Source: Corynebacterium halotolerans (GTDB lineage Bacteria; Actinomycetota; Actinomycetes; Mycobacteriales; Mycobacteriaceae). Taken from it: a stretch of DNA of 40,000 bases. The stretch is from positions 1-40,000 of the forward strand of contig NZ_JBNILW010000005.1 in the NCBI RefSeq assembly GCF_050107895.1, written 5' to 3'. Of this stretch, positions 14,962 through 24,421 are shown one piece after another (the stretch's first letter is position 1; each line of letters opens with the position of its first letter). Under the pieces are notes generated by a model that made no database searches, was not told the DNA's origin, and saw nothing but the letters and a program-made list of their open reading frames with translations. The position numbers and the translations under genes are program-made.

Positions 14962-15705
14962 TCACCCCATCGCGTGCAGGCTGAAGGCCGCCAGAAAGCC
15001 GAGGGTCGCGATCAATCCGGCATACAGGGACGCCTTCTCGAAGGCCTCCGGGATCATCGTGTCGCAGATCATGGCGAGGATCGCACCCGCAGCCAGGGCA
15101 TTGACGAAGCCGAGTACGGCTGGCGACGCCCCGTCGAGAAGCAGGTAGCCGGCCAGGGCAGCAAGCCCGGAGACCACCGCCATCCCGCCCCAGATCCCCA
15201 AGACATATCCTGGCCCCCGGCCGGCGTTCTTCATTCCCGCCGTGCTGGACAGCCCCTCCGGAACGTTCGAGATGAACACTGCCGCCAGCATCGGGAGACT
15301 GAGACCGCCGCCGCCCACGAATCCCAGACCCAGGACCATGGACTCCGGAACGCCATCGATCAATGCCCCGATCGCGATCGCCACTCCGCCACCGGAATCC
15401 GAGGGCTGCTGCTTGCCGGAGCGTTTGCGGTGCCGGGCCCCGCGTCGCGCGAGAAGTAGGTTCAGCCCGACGTAGACGACGGCTCCCACCAAAAATCCCA
15501 GGGAGGTGGCGAGAAGACCACCCTGGCTGACAGCCTCCTCGACGAGTTCGAAGGACAGTGCGGAGATCAGCACCCCGGAGCCGAATGCCATCACCACCGC
15601 CACCACCCGCGACGGCACCCGGATGAACCAGGCGATGAGGGCGCCCAGCAGCAGGGCGGCACCACCGATCAGACCGGTGCCTCCAGCCAGCAGCCATTCC
15701 GGCAT
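14962..15705 (-). CDS. ZIP-family divalent metal (zinc) transporter
   Basis: Polytopic membrane protein with ZupT-like motifs GALIDGVPESMVLG, NVPEGLS and AAGAILAMICDTMIPEA. Confidence 0.75.
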   Translation of the reverse strand: MPEWLLAGGTGLIGGAALLLGALIAWFIRVPSRVVAVVMAFGSGVLISALSFELVEEAVSQGGLLATSLGFLVGAVVYVGLNLLLARRGARHRKRSGKQQPSDSGGGVAIAIGALIDGVPESMVLGLGFVGGGGLSLPMLAAVFISNVPEGLSSTAGMKNAGRGPGYVLGIWGGMAVVSGLAALAGYLLLDGASPAVLGFVNALAAGAILAMICDTMIPEAFEKASLYAGLIATLGFLAAFSLHAMG

Positions 15706-15964
15706 GTCATGCTCCCTTGACTATGGTGGACCCGATCATAGTACGCCCCCTGAGCTTCCATCGGCAGGCGGAAACTGCGGTTGACGGGAAGACGGTGCGA
15801 ACCGGGAAACCCGGCGTCCAGGACAGTACAGACGGCCCTCCTGGACCGCGGGATCCAGGGTCGTGGCCGATGGGGCAACCTGGCGGTGACCGGGCCCCTG
15901 ATACCGCTACCCTGACAACGGGGCGCCGGACAAACCGCCGTCCGGAAACCGGAAAGGGGCGGCG
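15706..15964 (+). promoter_or_regulatory. Highly structured 5' leader, candidate riboswitch (cobalamin-like core)
   Basis: gggaagacggtgcgaaccgg (15786-15805) resembles the conserved cobalamin-riboswitch core. gcaacctggcgg (15875-15886) is B12-box-like. An 8-bp long-range helix pairs ccatcggc (15758) with gccgatgg (15866). There are mutually exclusive pairings ccagga / tcctgga / tccagg. Confidence 0.3.
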
Positions 15965-16645
15965 ATGGAGAACACCAGGGGTCAGCCGCACCTGTTCCGT
16001 CGTTACCTGCTGCTCCTGGCGGGGCTGACGGTCATGGCCTTCGGGATCGCGTTCGCGGTGCGCAGTGATCTGGGGACCACCTCCATCTCAAGCCTGCCCT
16101 ATGTGCTCAGCCTGACCACGCCCCTGACTCTGGGCACCCACACCATCCTCATGAACGCGGCGTTCCTTCTCGCACAGGTGCTGATCCTACGACGCCGCTT
16201 TCCCCCGCTGCAGGTGCTCCAGCTTCCGGTGGTGCTGCTCTTCGGACTGCTCAACGACGTCGCGGTGTGGTTGCTGCGTGACCTCAGTTACTCGGCCTAC
16301 TGGCAGCAGTGGGTACTGGGCCTGATCGGTATCACCTGCGTGGGCATCGGCGTGGCCTGTTCGGTGACGTCGCAGACCGTCATGCTCTCCGGTGACGCCC
16401 TGGTCCTGACGATCACGAATGAGCTCACCCGGTGGCTCGGCGCCCGTCGGTATCTGGTCTTCGGTTACGCCAAGATGGTCTTTGACTCCCTGCTGGTGCT
16501 GAGCGCAGCTGTCCTATCGGCGATGGCCCTCCACGAACTCGTCGGCGTCCGGGAGGGGACCGTCGCCGCCGCCCTCCTGATCGGAATGGTGGCCAAGCAG
16601 GTGATTCCCCTGCTGAAACCACTCCAGCGACGGTGGCTCGACTGA
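15965..16645 (+). CDS. YczE/YitT-like (DUF6198-type) integral membrane protein
   Basis: The N-terminus LLLLAGLTVMAFGIAFAVRSDLGTTSISSLPYVLS is typical of this family. About six predicted TM helices. Confidence 0.6.
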   Translation: MENTRGQPHLFRRYLLLLAGLTVMAFGIAFAVRSDLGTTSISSLPYVLSLTTPLTLGTHTILMNAAFLLAQVLILRRRFPPLQVLQLPVVLLFGLLNDVAVWLLRDLSYSAYWQQWVLGLIGITCVGIGVACSVTSQTVMLSGDALVLTITNELTRWLGARRYLVFGYAKMVFDSLLVLSAAVLSAMALHELVGVREGTVAAALLIGMVAKQVIPLLKPLQRRWLD

Positions 16646-16768
16646 ACAACCATGTTTGCCGGAGCGGACCTGCGTGGGTAGTCTACGGATGAAGAACGCG
16701 AGCTCCGGGACGACCCGGCGCGATCACACCCCAGCGGGGACGGCCCCGGGATCAGGACCGTTGATCTC

Positions 16769-17923
16769 ATGTCATCTTCTGTGGCACCCTCCCCCGCCGT
16801 CCGGAGTTTTGTCACCCGCCCGGTGATCGCCCAGCTGGTGCTCGGCTGGGCTGCCTTCCTGCTGCTGAGTTTTTTCGCCGGCCAGCTCTCCGGTGAGCTG
16901 CCCACCCCGGTGATCTGGGGGCTACTGGCCGCCATCATCGCGGTGATCCTGGTCTGTGCCTTCGGCGTGATGGAACAGGCCGAGGGGCTGGCCCACCGGC
17001 TGGGTGACCCCTACGGCACCCTCGTGCTCACCCTGTCCGTCGTCGCGATCGAGGTCATCCTGATCTCCGCGGTGCTGCTCGGCCCCGGTGACCACACCAC
17101 CATCGCCCGCGATTCCGTCATGGCCGTGAGCATGATCATCCTGAACCTGGTGGTCGGGCTCGCGCTGCTCATCGGGGGCATGAAACACGGCGATATGGCG
17201 CACAACCGCACCGGCACCTCCGCTTATCTGGCGATGATCATCGTGCTGTCGTCGGTGGCCTTCGCCATGCCTGCCTTCCTGGGGCAGGACGGCGCCTTCA
17301 CCACCTTCCAGGAGGTTCCGATCATCACCCTGACGATCGCCATCTACGCCTTCTTCCTCTACCGGCAGATGGGCGCCCAACAGGCCGACTTCCAGGAGGT
17401 CGCTTATGTGGCGACCGCCGAGACCGGAGGCGACCAGCGGCCGCGAGTGACCCGGGTGATCGCCGAGCACCGCGTGGAGGTGTTCACCCGCATGGGGCTG
17501 CTATTGGCGATGGTGCTGCCGATTGTGCTGCTCAGCCACAACATGGCCGCGCTTCTCGACGTCGCCCTCGACCGGGTCGGTGCACCCGTTGCGCTGTCCG
17601 GCATCATCATCGCCGCGATCGTCTTCCTCCCGGAGACCATCACCACCATCCGGGCCGCTCTGACCAACGAGATCCAACGGGTGAGCAACCTGACCCACGG
17701 TGCCCTGGTGTCCACGGTGGGGCTGACCATCCCCTCGGTGCTGATCATCGCGATCCTGACCGATCAGCACGTGATCTTCGCGGAAAGCCCGACCAACCTG
17801 GCGCTGTTGCTGATCACCCTGCTGTTGTCGGTGGCGACCTTCGCCGGCAAAAAGGTCACGGCCATGCACGGCGCGGCGCACCTGATGGTGTTCGTGGTGT
17901 ACCTGCTCAGCGTGTTCTCCTGA
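16769..17923 (+). CDS. chaA: Calcium/proton (CaCA family) antiporter, ChaA-like
   Basis: The alpha-repeat-like motif GDPYGTLVLTLSVVAIEVILISAVLL recurs in the second half (IVFLPETITTIRAAL). About 11 TM helices. Confidence 0.7.
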   Translation: MSSSVAPSPAVRSFVTRPVIAQLVLGWAAFLLLSFFAGQLSGELPTPVIWGLLAAIIAVILVCAFGVMEQAEGLAHRLGDPYGTLVLTLSVVAIEVILISAVLLGPGDHTTIARDSVMAVSMIILNLVVGLALLIGGMKHGDMAHNRTGTSAYLAMIIVLSSVAFAMPAFLGQDGAFTTFQEVPIITLTIAIYAFFLYRQMGAQQADFQEVAYVATAETGGDQRPRVTRVIAEHRVEVFTRMGLLLAMVLPIVLLSHNMAALLDVALDRVGAPVALSGIIIAAIVFLPETITTIRAALTNEIQRVSNLTHGALVSTVGLTIPSVLIIAILTDQHVIFAESPTNLALLLITLLLSVATFAGKKVTAMHGAAHLMVFVVYLLSVFS

Positions 17924-17974
17924 AGTCCGGAGCTGCGGGAGTGGTCGCTGCCGTCGTGGCCCCGGGCGCGCCGT

Positions 17975-19357
17975 CTAGAAGAACAATGCCAGTAGCAGCG
18001 TGAGCCCCAGCGCCACCACCGAGGCCACTGAAATGCCGATGGTCACCGTCTTGAATGCCCCGCGGGTGGTCTGCCCCAGCAGGGACTGCAGTAGCCAGAA
18101 GGTGTTCGAGGTGACGTGCACCAGGAACATCGAACCGGCACCCGCCGCCAGGGCGATCAGCACCGGATCCAAGCCGATCTGGGCGGCGACCGGGGCCAGC
18201 AACCCCGCCGCCGTGATCGAGGAGATCACGATGGAACCGACCGCCACGTGCAGCACTGCGGCGATGGCCCACACCGTCAACAGGGGCACCGCCGAGTTGG
18301 CGGAGAAGAACTTGCCGAGGATGTCCCCCAGCCCCGACTGGGAGACCATCTCCGCCAGGGAGCCACCGGCACCGGTGAGGATCAGGATGAGGCCGGCCTC
18401 CCGGAAACCGTTGCCGAGTGCCTCTTCAGTGCCTGCGATGCCCAAGGCACGCCAGGCCAGCACGAAGGTGCCCAGTAGGCCGATGAGCAGTGCTACCACG
18501 GGTGTGGCCAGGAAGTCCATGACCGGGTGGCTGACCTCGGCGATCTCCAGCACAGCTCCGGTGGCCATCAACACCAGGGCAAGCAGCATCGGACTGAACA
18601 GCAGACCCAGCGGCAGCTCCCGCAGCGGCGCTTTCGTGCCGGTCTTCGTCGCCACGTCGCCCGCATCGTCCGGGACGGTCTCCGGCGGGGTGTCGGTTGC
18701 GGAACCAGCGGGGAAGGCCTCGTCCAGGTCGGGGTTCCAGAAGCCCCGGTCAAAGGCGAAGGACATGATGAGCTGGGTGATCACCATCGTGGCCACGCCG
18801 ACGAGCAGACCGAAAATCAGCATCTTGCCCAGGGAAATCCCCATGACCCCGGCGAGTGCCAGCGCGCCGACGCCCGGCACGACCAGCACCACCCCGACCT
18901 CAATGCCCAGTGCCATGGCGCTGGCCAGCTTCGCCCGGCCGTTCCTGCCCATGAAAGGCACCATGCGGCGGACCAACGGGGCGCTCATCACGAGCATGAC
19001 GTCCGGGAAGATGGACTGCAGCACGGTGCCGTGGGAAAGTGCGAGGGCGAACGGTACGCCCTTGGCCCCGAAAACACGCAGCAGGGAATTCACGAGACGG
19101 GTGATGGCCCCGGTGGCGTGCAGCAGAGCGCCGGTGAGCACTCCCCACGAGATCAACAGACCGACCTCGTAGAGGATGTCACCGAAACCACGCATCACCG
19201 TCTCGGTGGTTTCCTCCACTCCGAGCCCCGTCGTCAACCCGAGGGTCAGCGCCCCGATGACCAGGGAGATGGCCGGGTGGAGCCGACCTTTGAGAATGAG
19301 AAGCACGACGCCGAGAATGATCGCCGCTGTGAGGGTGAGGACCTGCCAATCCTGCAT
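17975..19357 (-). CDS. GntP-family (gluconate/organic acid:H+) permease
   Basis: 460-aa polytopic protein with a GntP-like N-terminus (ILGVVLLILKGRLHPAISLVIGALTLGL) and overall GntP architecture. Confidence 0.7.
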   Translation of the reverse strand: MQDWQVLTLTAAIILGVVLLILKGRLHPAISLVIGALTLGLTTGLGVEETTETVMRGFGDILYEVGLLISWGVLTGALLHATGAITRLVNSLLRVFGAKGVPFALALSHGTVLQSIFPDVMLVMSAPLVRRMVPFMGRNGRAKLASAMALGIEVGVVLVVPGVGALALAGVMGISLGKMLIFGLLVGVATMVITQLIMSFAFDRGFWNPDLDEAFPAGSATDTPPETVPDDAGDVATKTGTKAPLRELPLGLLFSPMLLALVLMATGAVLEIAEVSHPVMDFLATPVVALLIGLLGTFVLAWRALGIAGTEEALGNGFREAGLILILTGAGGSLAEMVSQSGLGDILGKFFSANSAVPLLTVWAIAAVLHVAVGSIVISSITAAGLLAPVAAQIGLDPVLIALAAGAGSMFLVHVTSNTFWLLQSLLGQTTRGAFKTVTIGISVASVVALGLTLLLALFF

Positions 19358-19550
19358 GAGCTGAGTGTCTGAGCTTTCCCGTGATATGGCCGCTACCTGC
19401 GGCCCCGTGGTCGGTCATCAGTCACGTCGGCGGGGGTGGTCCGACGGGATAGACGAGGACGGTACAAGACGATGCGCTCAGACTAGGCCACCGGGCAGGA
19501 AGCGCAGTGCTCGGGGTGGTGTAGCTCATCGGACGCGAGGCATCGGGCAG

Positions 19551-20165
19551 TTATTCCCCGGCTGTCGGATAGGGCTCTGCCCGCAGCAGTCGTGCCAGGT
19601 GGGCCGCATTGCGGGCCGCGCCGGCGGTGGTGGATGCGACGGGTGCCGGCACCTCGTCCAGGTCCTTGTAGTCGACGGACTGCATCGCCTCCCCCACCCA
19701 GTAGGTTCCACCCTGCGCGGGGATGGAGAACCCGATGTCACTGAGCGCCTGCGTCATGTCGGCGATGACCTTGTGTGCACCGTCCTCGTTACCCACCACG
19801 GCCACGATCGCGGCCTTGTCGTACATGATCGGCCGGCCCCGGTCATCGGTCTCGGCAAGATCGGCGTCGAGACGTTCGACCACCCGTTGGGCGATGCTGG
19901 CGGGATGGCCCATCCAGATCGGGGTGGCCAGCACCAGGATGTCGGCGGACAACACCCGCTGGCGTAACGCCGGCCAGTGGTCTCCCTGCCCCATGTCGAT
20001 CTGCACCCCGGGTTTGACGTCGTGGTCTGCGACGCGGACAGACGAGGTGGACACCCCGTGTTTCTCGAGCTCGGCCAGCACATGACTGGCCATCAACTCA
20101 CTGCTGGAGGGTGTCGGTGAAGGGTTGAGACTACAGACCAGGGCGACGGCGGACAGATCAGTCAT
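19551..20165 (-). CDS. NAD(P)H-dependent FMN reductase / flavodoxin-like oxidoreductase
   Basis: ATG at 20165 with SD gaggag. VALVCSLNPSP...SSSEL...ADILVLATPIWMGHP is typical of the FMN_red family. The upstream extension in the track (to 20441) is Arg/Pro-rich junk. Confidence 0.7.
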   Translation of the reverse strand: MTDLSAVALVCSLNPSPTPSSSELMASHVLAELEKHGVSTSSVRVADHDVKPGVQIDMGQGDHWPALRQRVLSADILVLATPIWMGHPASIAQRVVERLDADLAETDDRGRPIMYDKAAIVAVVGNEDGAHKVIADMTQALSDIGFSIPAQGGTYWVGEAMQSVDYKDLDEVPAPVASTTAGAARNAAHLARLLRAEPYPTAGE

Positions 20166-20479
20166 GACGGGGTTACTCCTCGGTAGCGGCCAGCGCCGGG
20201 AACAGCCCCTGCCGCGCTGGGAGGTCGGTTCTGTCGTTCCTGCTCCAGTGTGGCTGCTAGTCCCGCAGAAGCGCCACGAAAGCTCCGTGAACTGCGGAGA
20301 TGGCAGCGACTGGGGCGGGGCGGGGGCGTCAGCACGTCGCCGGTAACGGACTCTGCGTGAGTTCCGGGCGCTCGACTCCCACCGCCTGCCTGTGGATAAC
20401 CAGGTGCCTGCCTCCCGTTCTCCACAGGGTGAGCGGAGCACCGCTTTCCCTTCCCGCCCCGGGCTGGGATCCTTCCCCC

Positions 20480-20656
20480 ATGACCCCCACGGCTCTGTAC
20501 TCCCCGACGTTCCGGCACGGCATCGGGCTGCTGCTGCGTTCCCGCGATGGCTCCGTCACCGCGGTCCCGTACGCCCAGCGTCAGGAGCTGATCACCCGCT
20601 CCGCCGACCTGTCCCCCTTCGGAGAAGCCGGAGGACAGGGCACGTGGGTGGCTTGA
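20480..20656 (+). CDS. Possible small protein (58 aa, MTPTALYSPTFRHGIGLLLRSRDGSVTAVPYAQRQELITRSADLSPFGEAGGQGTWVA)
   Basis: Very high third-position GC, like the real genes here. No SD and no recognisable domain. Confidence 0.3.
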   Translation: MTPTALYSPTFRHGIGLLLRSRDGSVTAVPYAQRQELITRSADLSPFGEAGGQGTWVA

Positions 20657-20668
20657 GCGGGCACCGGC

Positions 20669-21409
20669 TCAACCGCGCATCAGGGCATCCACCAACAGCA
20701 GATGGCCGATCACGGCACTCACGGTGATGCCTGCGTCCAGCGCCTGACCTGCCACCCCCTGCCGTGGGCCGACCACCGCCCGCACCAGGGTCAGGCCCTC
20801 AGACGCCAGCACCAGGTTGGCTCCGTGATCCACCCCCTGTCGGGTGACCGGGCCATTCTGCAGGGCACGGTCCTCCGCCAGCGCGGAGGTCGTGGCGGCG
20901 AGCAGGCCCGCAGTGGCGGCTGCGGGAACCAGCGGCACCCCACCTTTTCGACGGTAAGCCGCTACTCCGACCCCGCTGACCCACACCACCAGCCGTGAAC
21001 CTGCGCTGACGCGCGAGAGCCGGGCACCGCGGCGCATCAGTGACGTGGCATACGCCAGGTGTTGGCCGGCCACCGCCGCGATCCCCAGTGCAGAAGGCTG
21101 GAACTGGGTGCGGCACTTTTCCGTCTCCCCCACCCAGCCGGCCCCCAATCCGGCGAGCAGAACCACCTTGTCCCGAGGAGCTCTGGTACTCCGCAGCACC
21201 GTTCCGGCCAGCAGCGGCGGCAGGATCAGCCGCAGTGGCGTCGACGCACACGACCTCCCCACACCACGGGCAATGCCTGCCGCCACTCCGGCAGCCAGGT
21301 AGCCGGCGCGCTCCGGTTCACCGCGGGCAGCGGTGACGGAGGCCAGCAGAGCCTCGGTACCCCGTTTCGTCCGGCTGAGGAACTCGCTGGCGATCCCGTG
21401 CCTGTTCAC
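20669..21409 (-). CDS. Hypothetical integral membrane protein, co-oriented directly downstream of topA
   Basis: Ala/Gly/Leu-rich and multi-TM. GTG start 9 nt after the topA stop. Family not recognised. Confidence 0.5.
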   Translation of the reverse strand: MNRHGIASEFLSRTKRGTEALLASVTAARGEPERAGYLAAGVAAGIARGVGRSCASTPLRLILPPLLAGTVLRSTRAPRDKVVLLAGLGAGWVGETEKCRTQFQPSALGIAAVAGQHLAYATSLMRRGARLSRVSAGSRLVVWVSGVGVAAYRRKGGVPLVPAAATAGLLAATTSALAEDRALQNGPVTRQGVDHGANLVLASEGLTLVRAVVGPRQGVAGQALDAGITVSAVIGHLLLVDALMRG

Positions 21410-21418
21410 ACCCGCCGC

Positions 21419-24400
21419 CTACTTCTTCCGGGTGCCCGCCTTGACCACACGCGTGGTGGTCTGCGGTGGCTTCTTGGCAGTGGTCTTCTTCGTGGTTTTC
21501 TTCGTGGTCTTCTTGGTCGTCTTCTTAGCCGTAGTTTTCTTGGTGGTTTTCTTGGCCGGCGACTTCGTGACCGTCTTCTTTGTGCCGCCATCGGCGGCTT
21601 CCTTGGCGCGACGCTCAGAGAGCAGTTCATTGGCGCGGGCGTCGGTGAGCTTCTCCGGCACATCCCCCTTGCGCAGCGAGGCGTTCGTGTCACCGTCGGT
21701 GACATAGGGGCCGAACCGGCCGTCCTTGACGGTCATCGGCTTACCGGAGACATCATTGTCGCCGAGCATCTTCAGCGGCGGTTTCGCGGCGGCGCGGCCG
21801 CGGCGCTTCGGCTCCGCGTAGATGCGCCGTGCTTCATCGAGGGTGATCGTGAAGATCTGTTCCTCATTCGCCAGGGACCGGGAGTCGGTGCCCTTCTTCA
21901 GGTAGGGACCGTAGCGCCCGTTCTGGGCCGTGATCATCTCATTGTCCGCGGGATCCATGCCCACCTCCCGGGGCAGCGACAGCAGCTGGAGGGCCTGCTC
22001 GAGGGTCACCTCCGCGGGTTGCATGCTCTCGAACAACGACGCCGTGGCCGGCTTGAGGGACTCCTCGATCAGCTGGTTGATCCGCTTTTCCTTCTGGCTG
22101 GCGGCGGTCTTGGTGTCCCAGTTCTTCTTTCGCTTGCCTTCCTCGGCGCGCTGCCGGTCCTCCGCCTCGCGCTCCGCGGCGACGACCTTCTCCGCCTCAG
22201 CGGCGGCGCGGTCCCGTTCATCCTCCCGCACCTGTTCGGTGACGTACGGCCCGTAGCGCCCCTCCTTGGCCACGACCATCCGGCCGTTGGCGGGGTTTTC
22301 CCCCAGCTCCCGCCCACCCTGCGGCGTGGCGAACAGCTTCTCGGCGATCTCCAGGGTCAGTTCATCGGGGGTGGTCGACTCGGAGAGGTTGGCGCGCTGG
22401 TACTCCGGCTCGCCGTCCTTCTCCCCCACCTTGCGCTCGATGTAGGGGCCGTAACGGCCGACACGGACGTTGACGGCGCGGCCCTCCTCGTCGTCGAAGA
22501 GGTGCAGCGAGTTCACCGCGCGGGCGTCGATGTGCTCCAGATTGTCGCCGATGAGGTTCTTCAGCCCGCCCTCCCTGGCGACGGACTCAGCCTTGGCGTC
22601 GGAGGCTTCGGCGTTGCCGAAGTAGAAGCCGGTCAGCCATTCGGTGCGGTCCTTGTCGCCGCTGGCGATAATGTCGAGTTCGTCCTCCATCGAGGAGGTG
22701 AAGTCGTAGTCCACCAGGTCCTCGAAGTTCTGCTCGAGCAGGCCGACCACTGCGAAGGCCACCCAGCTGGGCACTAGGGCGTTGCCCCGCGGCACGACAT
22801 AACCGCGGTCCTGGATCGTCTTGATGATCGACGCGTACGTCGACGGACGGCCGATACCCAGGTCCTCCATCTTCTTGACCAGGCTGGCCTCAGTGAACCG
22901 GGCCGGCGGGTTCGTCGAGTGGCCGGCCGCTTCCAGGTCGTTGACGCTCAGATCGTCACCCGTGCTCAGGGTGGGCAGCCGGTTCTCGGCGTTGTCGGCG
23001 ATGTCCCGACCGTCGGAACTACGGGTGGTCTCCACGTAGGCACGCAGAAAGCCGGGGAAGGTGATGGTGCGGCCCGTGGCGTTGAATTCCACGGTCTCGC
23101 CGGAGTTGGCGGTACCGGCGACGGTGACCTTCATCGAGGTGCCCTTGGCGTCCGACATCTGGGAGGCGACGGTGCGCTGCCAGATCAGTTCGTAGAGCTT
23201 GTACTCCTCCGCGTCGAGCTGTCCGTGGAGCTGACCCGGGGTTGCGAAGGTCTCGCCTGCGGGACGGATCGCCTCGTGCGCCTCCTGCGAGTTCTTCACC
23301 TTGCGGTCGTAACGGCGCGGCGAATCAGCGACGAAGGCCTGGCCGTAGAGCTCGAGCGCCTGATCCCGGGCCGCTTGGATGCCCGACGGGGACAGCGAGG
23401 TCGAGTCGGTACGCATATAGGTGATGTGGCCGTTTTCGTAGAGCCGCTGCGCGATGCGCATCGTACGCTCCGAGGTGAAGTGCAGTTTGCGGCCGGCCTC
23501 CTGCTGCAGGGTCGAGGTCATGAAGGGGGCGTAGGGGCGCCGGGTGTACGGCTTTTCCTCGACATTGGCGACGCTCATCGCCTCGCCCTGCAGGTTCGCC
23601 GCGAGCGTTTCCGCACGCTGCTTGTCCACGACCACCACATCGGCGGTCAGCTCTCCACGGTCGCTGAAATCGCGGCCCTGGGCGATGCGGCGACCGTCGA
23701 TAGTGGCCAGCTTCGCCTTGAAGGTCCGGGGGTTCTCCTGGTTCGCGGCAGTGTCGCCGGTGTCCAGCTCCGCGACGATGTCCCAGTACTCGGCGGAGAT
23801 GAACGCCATGCGCTCGCGTTCCCGTTCGACGATGACCCGGGTGGCCACGGACTGCACGCGGCCGGCGGAGAGCCGGGGCATGACCTTCTTCCACAGCACC
23901 GGGGAGATCTCATAACCGTAGAGCCGGTCGAGGATGCGCCGGGTCTCCTGGGCGTCCACCAGGCTCTGGTCGAGCTCACGGGTGTTCTCGGCGGCCTCCC
24001 TGATGGCGGATTCGGTGATCTCGTGGAAGACCATGCGCCGCACCGGAACCTTCGGATTGAGGACCTCCAGCAGGTGCCAGGCGATCGCCTCGCCCTCACG
24101 GTCGGGGTCTGTCGCGAGCAGGAGCTCATCGACCTGCTTCAGCTTCGCACGCAGGTCAGCGACTTTCTTCTTCTTGTCCGGGCTCACCACGTACAACGGC
24201 GAGAAGCCGTGGTCGGTGTCCACGCCGAGACGGGCCCAGGACTCTTTCTTGTACTTGGCCGGCACGTCCGCAGCACCTCGGGGCAGGTCACGGATATGGC
24301 CGACTGAGGCTTCAACGATGTAACTGTTCCCCAGGTAGCGCTGGATCTTCTTTGCCTTCGTCGCCGACTCCACGATCACAAGTCGTTTGACGTCGGTGCC

Positions 24401-24421
24401 GCTGCCCTTGTCTTCTGCCAC
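21419..24421 (-). CDS. topA: DNA topoisomerase I with a lysine-rich repetitive C-terminal tail
   Basis: Toprim start RLVIVESATKAKKIQRYLG and active-site region HITYMRTDS. 1000 aa. The C-terminal tail is KKTTKKTTAKKTTKKTTKKTTKKTTAKK. Confidence 0.95.
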   Translation of the reverse strand: MAEDKGSGTDVKRLVIVESATKAKKIQRYLGNSYIVEASVGHIRDLPRGAADVPAKYKKESWARLGVDTDHGFSPLYVVSPDKKKKVADLRAKLKQVDELLLATDPDREGEAIAWHLLEVLNPKVPVRRMVFHEITESAIREAAENTRELDQSLVDAQETRRILDRLYGYEISPVLWKKVMPRLSAGRVQSVATRVIVERERERMAFISAEYWDIVAELDTGDTAANQENPRTFKAKLATIDGRRIAQGRDFSDRGELTADVVVVDKQRAETLAANLQGEAMSVANVEEKPYTRRPYAPFMTSTLQQEAGRKLHFTSERTMRIAQRLYENGHITYMRTDSTSLSPSGIQAARDQALELYGQAFVADSPRRYDRKVKNSQEAHEAIRPAGETFATPGQLHGQLDAEEYKLYELIWQRTVASQMSDAKGTSMKVTVAGTANSGETVEFNATGRTITFPGFLRAYVETTRSSDGRDIADNAENRLPTLSTGDDLSVNDLEAAGHSTNPPARFTEASLVKKMEDLGIGRPSTYASIIKTIQDRGYVVPRGNALVPSWVAFAVVGLLEQNFEDLVDYDFTSSMEDELDIIASGDKDRTEWLTGFYFGNAEASDAKAESVAREGGLKNLIGDNLEHIDARAVNSLHLFDDEEGRAVNVRVGRYGPYIERKVGEKDGEPEYQRANLSESTTPDELTLEIAEKLFATPQGGRELGENPANGRMVVAKEGRYGPYVTEQVREDERDRAAAEAEKVVAAEREAEDRQRAEEGKRKKNWDTKTAASQKEKRINQLIEESLKPATASLFESMQPAEVTLEQALQLLSLPREVGMDPADNEMITAQNGRYGPYLKKGTDSRSLANEEQIFTITLDEARRIYAEPKRRGRAAAKPPLKMLGDNDVSGKPMTVKDGRFGPYVTDGDTNASLRKGDVPEKLTDARANELLSERRAKEAADGGTKKTVTKSPAKKTTKKTTAKKTTKKTTKKTTKKTTAKKPPQTTTRVVKAGTRKK
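21470..21559 (-). repeat. Tandem 12-bp coding repeats (KKTT units) in the topA 3' end
   Basis: cttcttNgtNgtN-type units are repeated about 7 times. Confidence 0.7.

Noticed and set aside
15920-15964. Guanidine-III (ykkC-III)-like resemblance (CCGGAC, GGACAA, CGCCG/CGGCG elements) just upstream of the YczE-like start
   Set aside because: The element order does not match the compact pseudoknot consensus as I recall it, and the downstream gene is not a guanidine exporter. It is treated as part of the larger structured leader.
12908-19372. Long antisense or alternative-frame ORFs over cyaB (12908-14059), the Ltp gene, the ZIP gene (14921-15697), chaA and gntP (18000-19172, 18527-19372)
   Set aside because: Each overlaps a gene with clear family motifs on the other strand or frame. 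The translations are Arg/Pro/Gly-rich with no domains.
21059-24307. Very long plus-strand ORFs (21059-22777, 572 aa; 22919-24307, 462 aa) opposite topA
   Set aside because: They are antisense to an unambiguous topA gene. Their products are Gly/Arg/Leu/Val-rich and low-complexity with no motifs. Stop-free antisense frames are typical of high-GC DNA.
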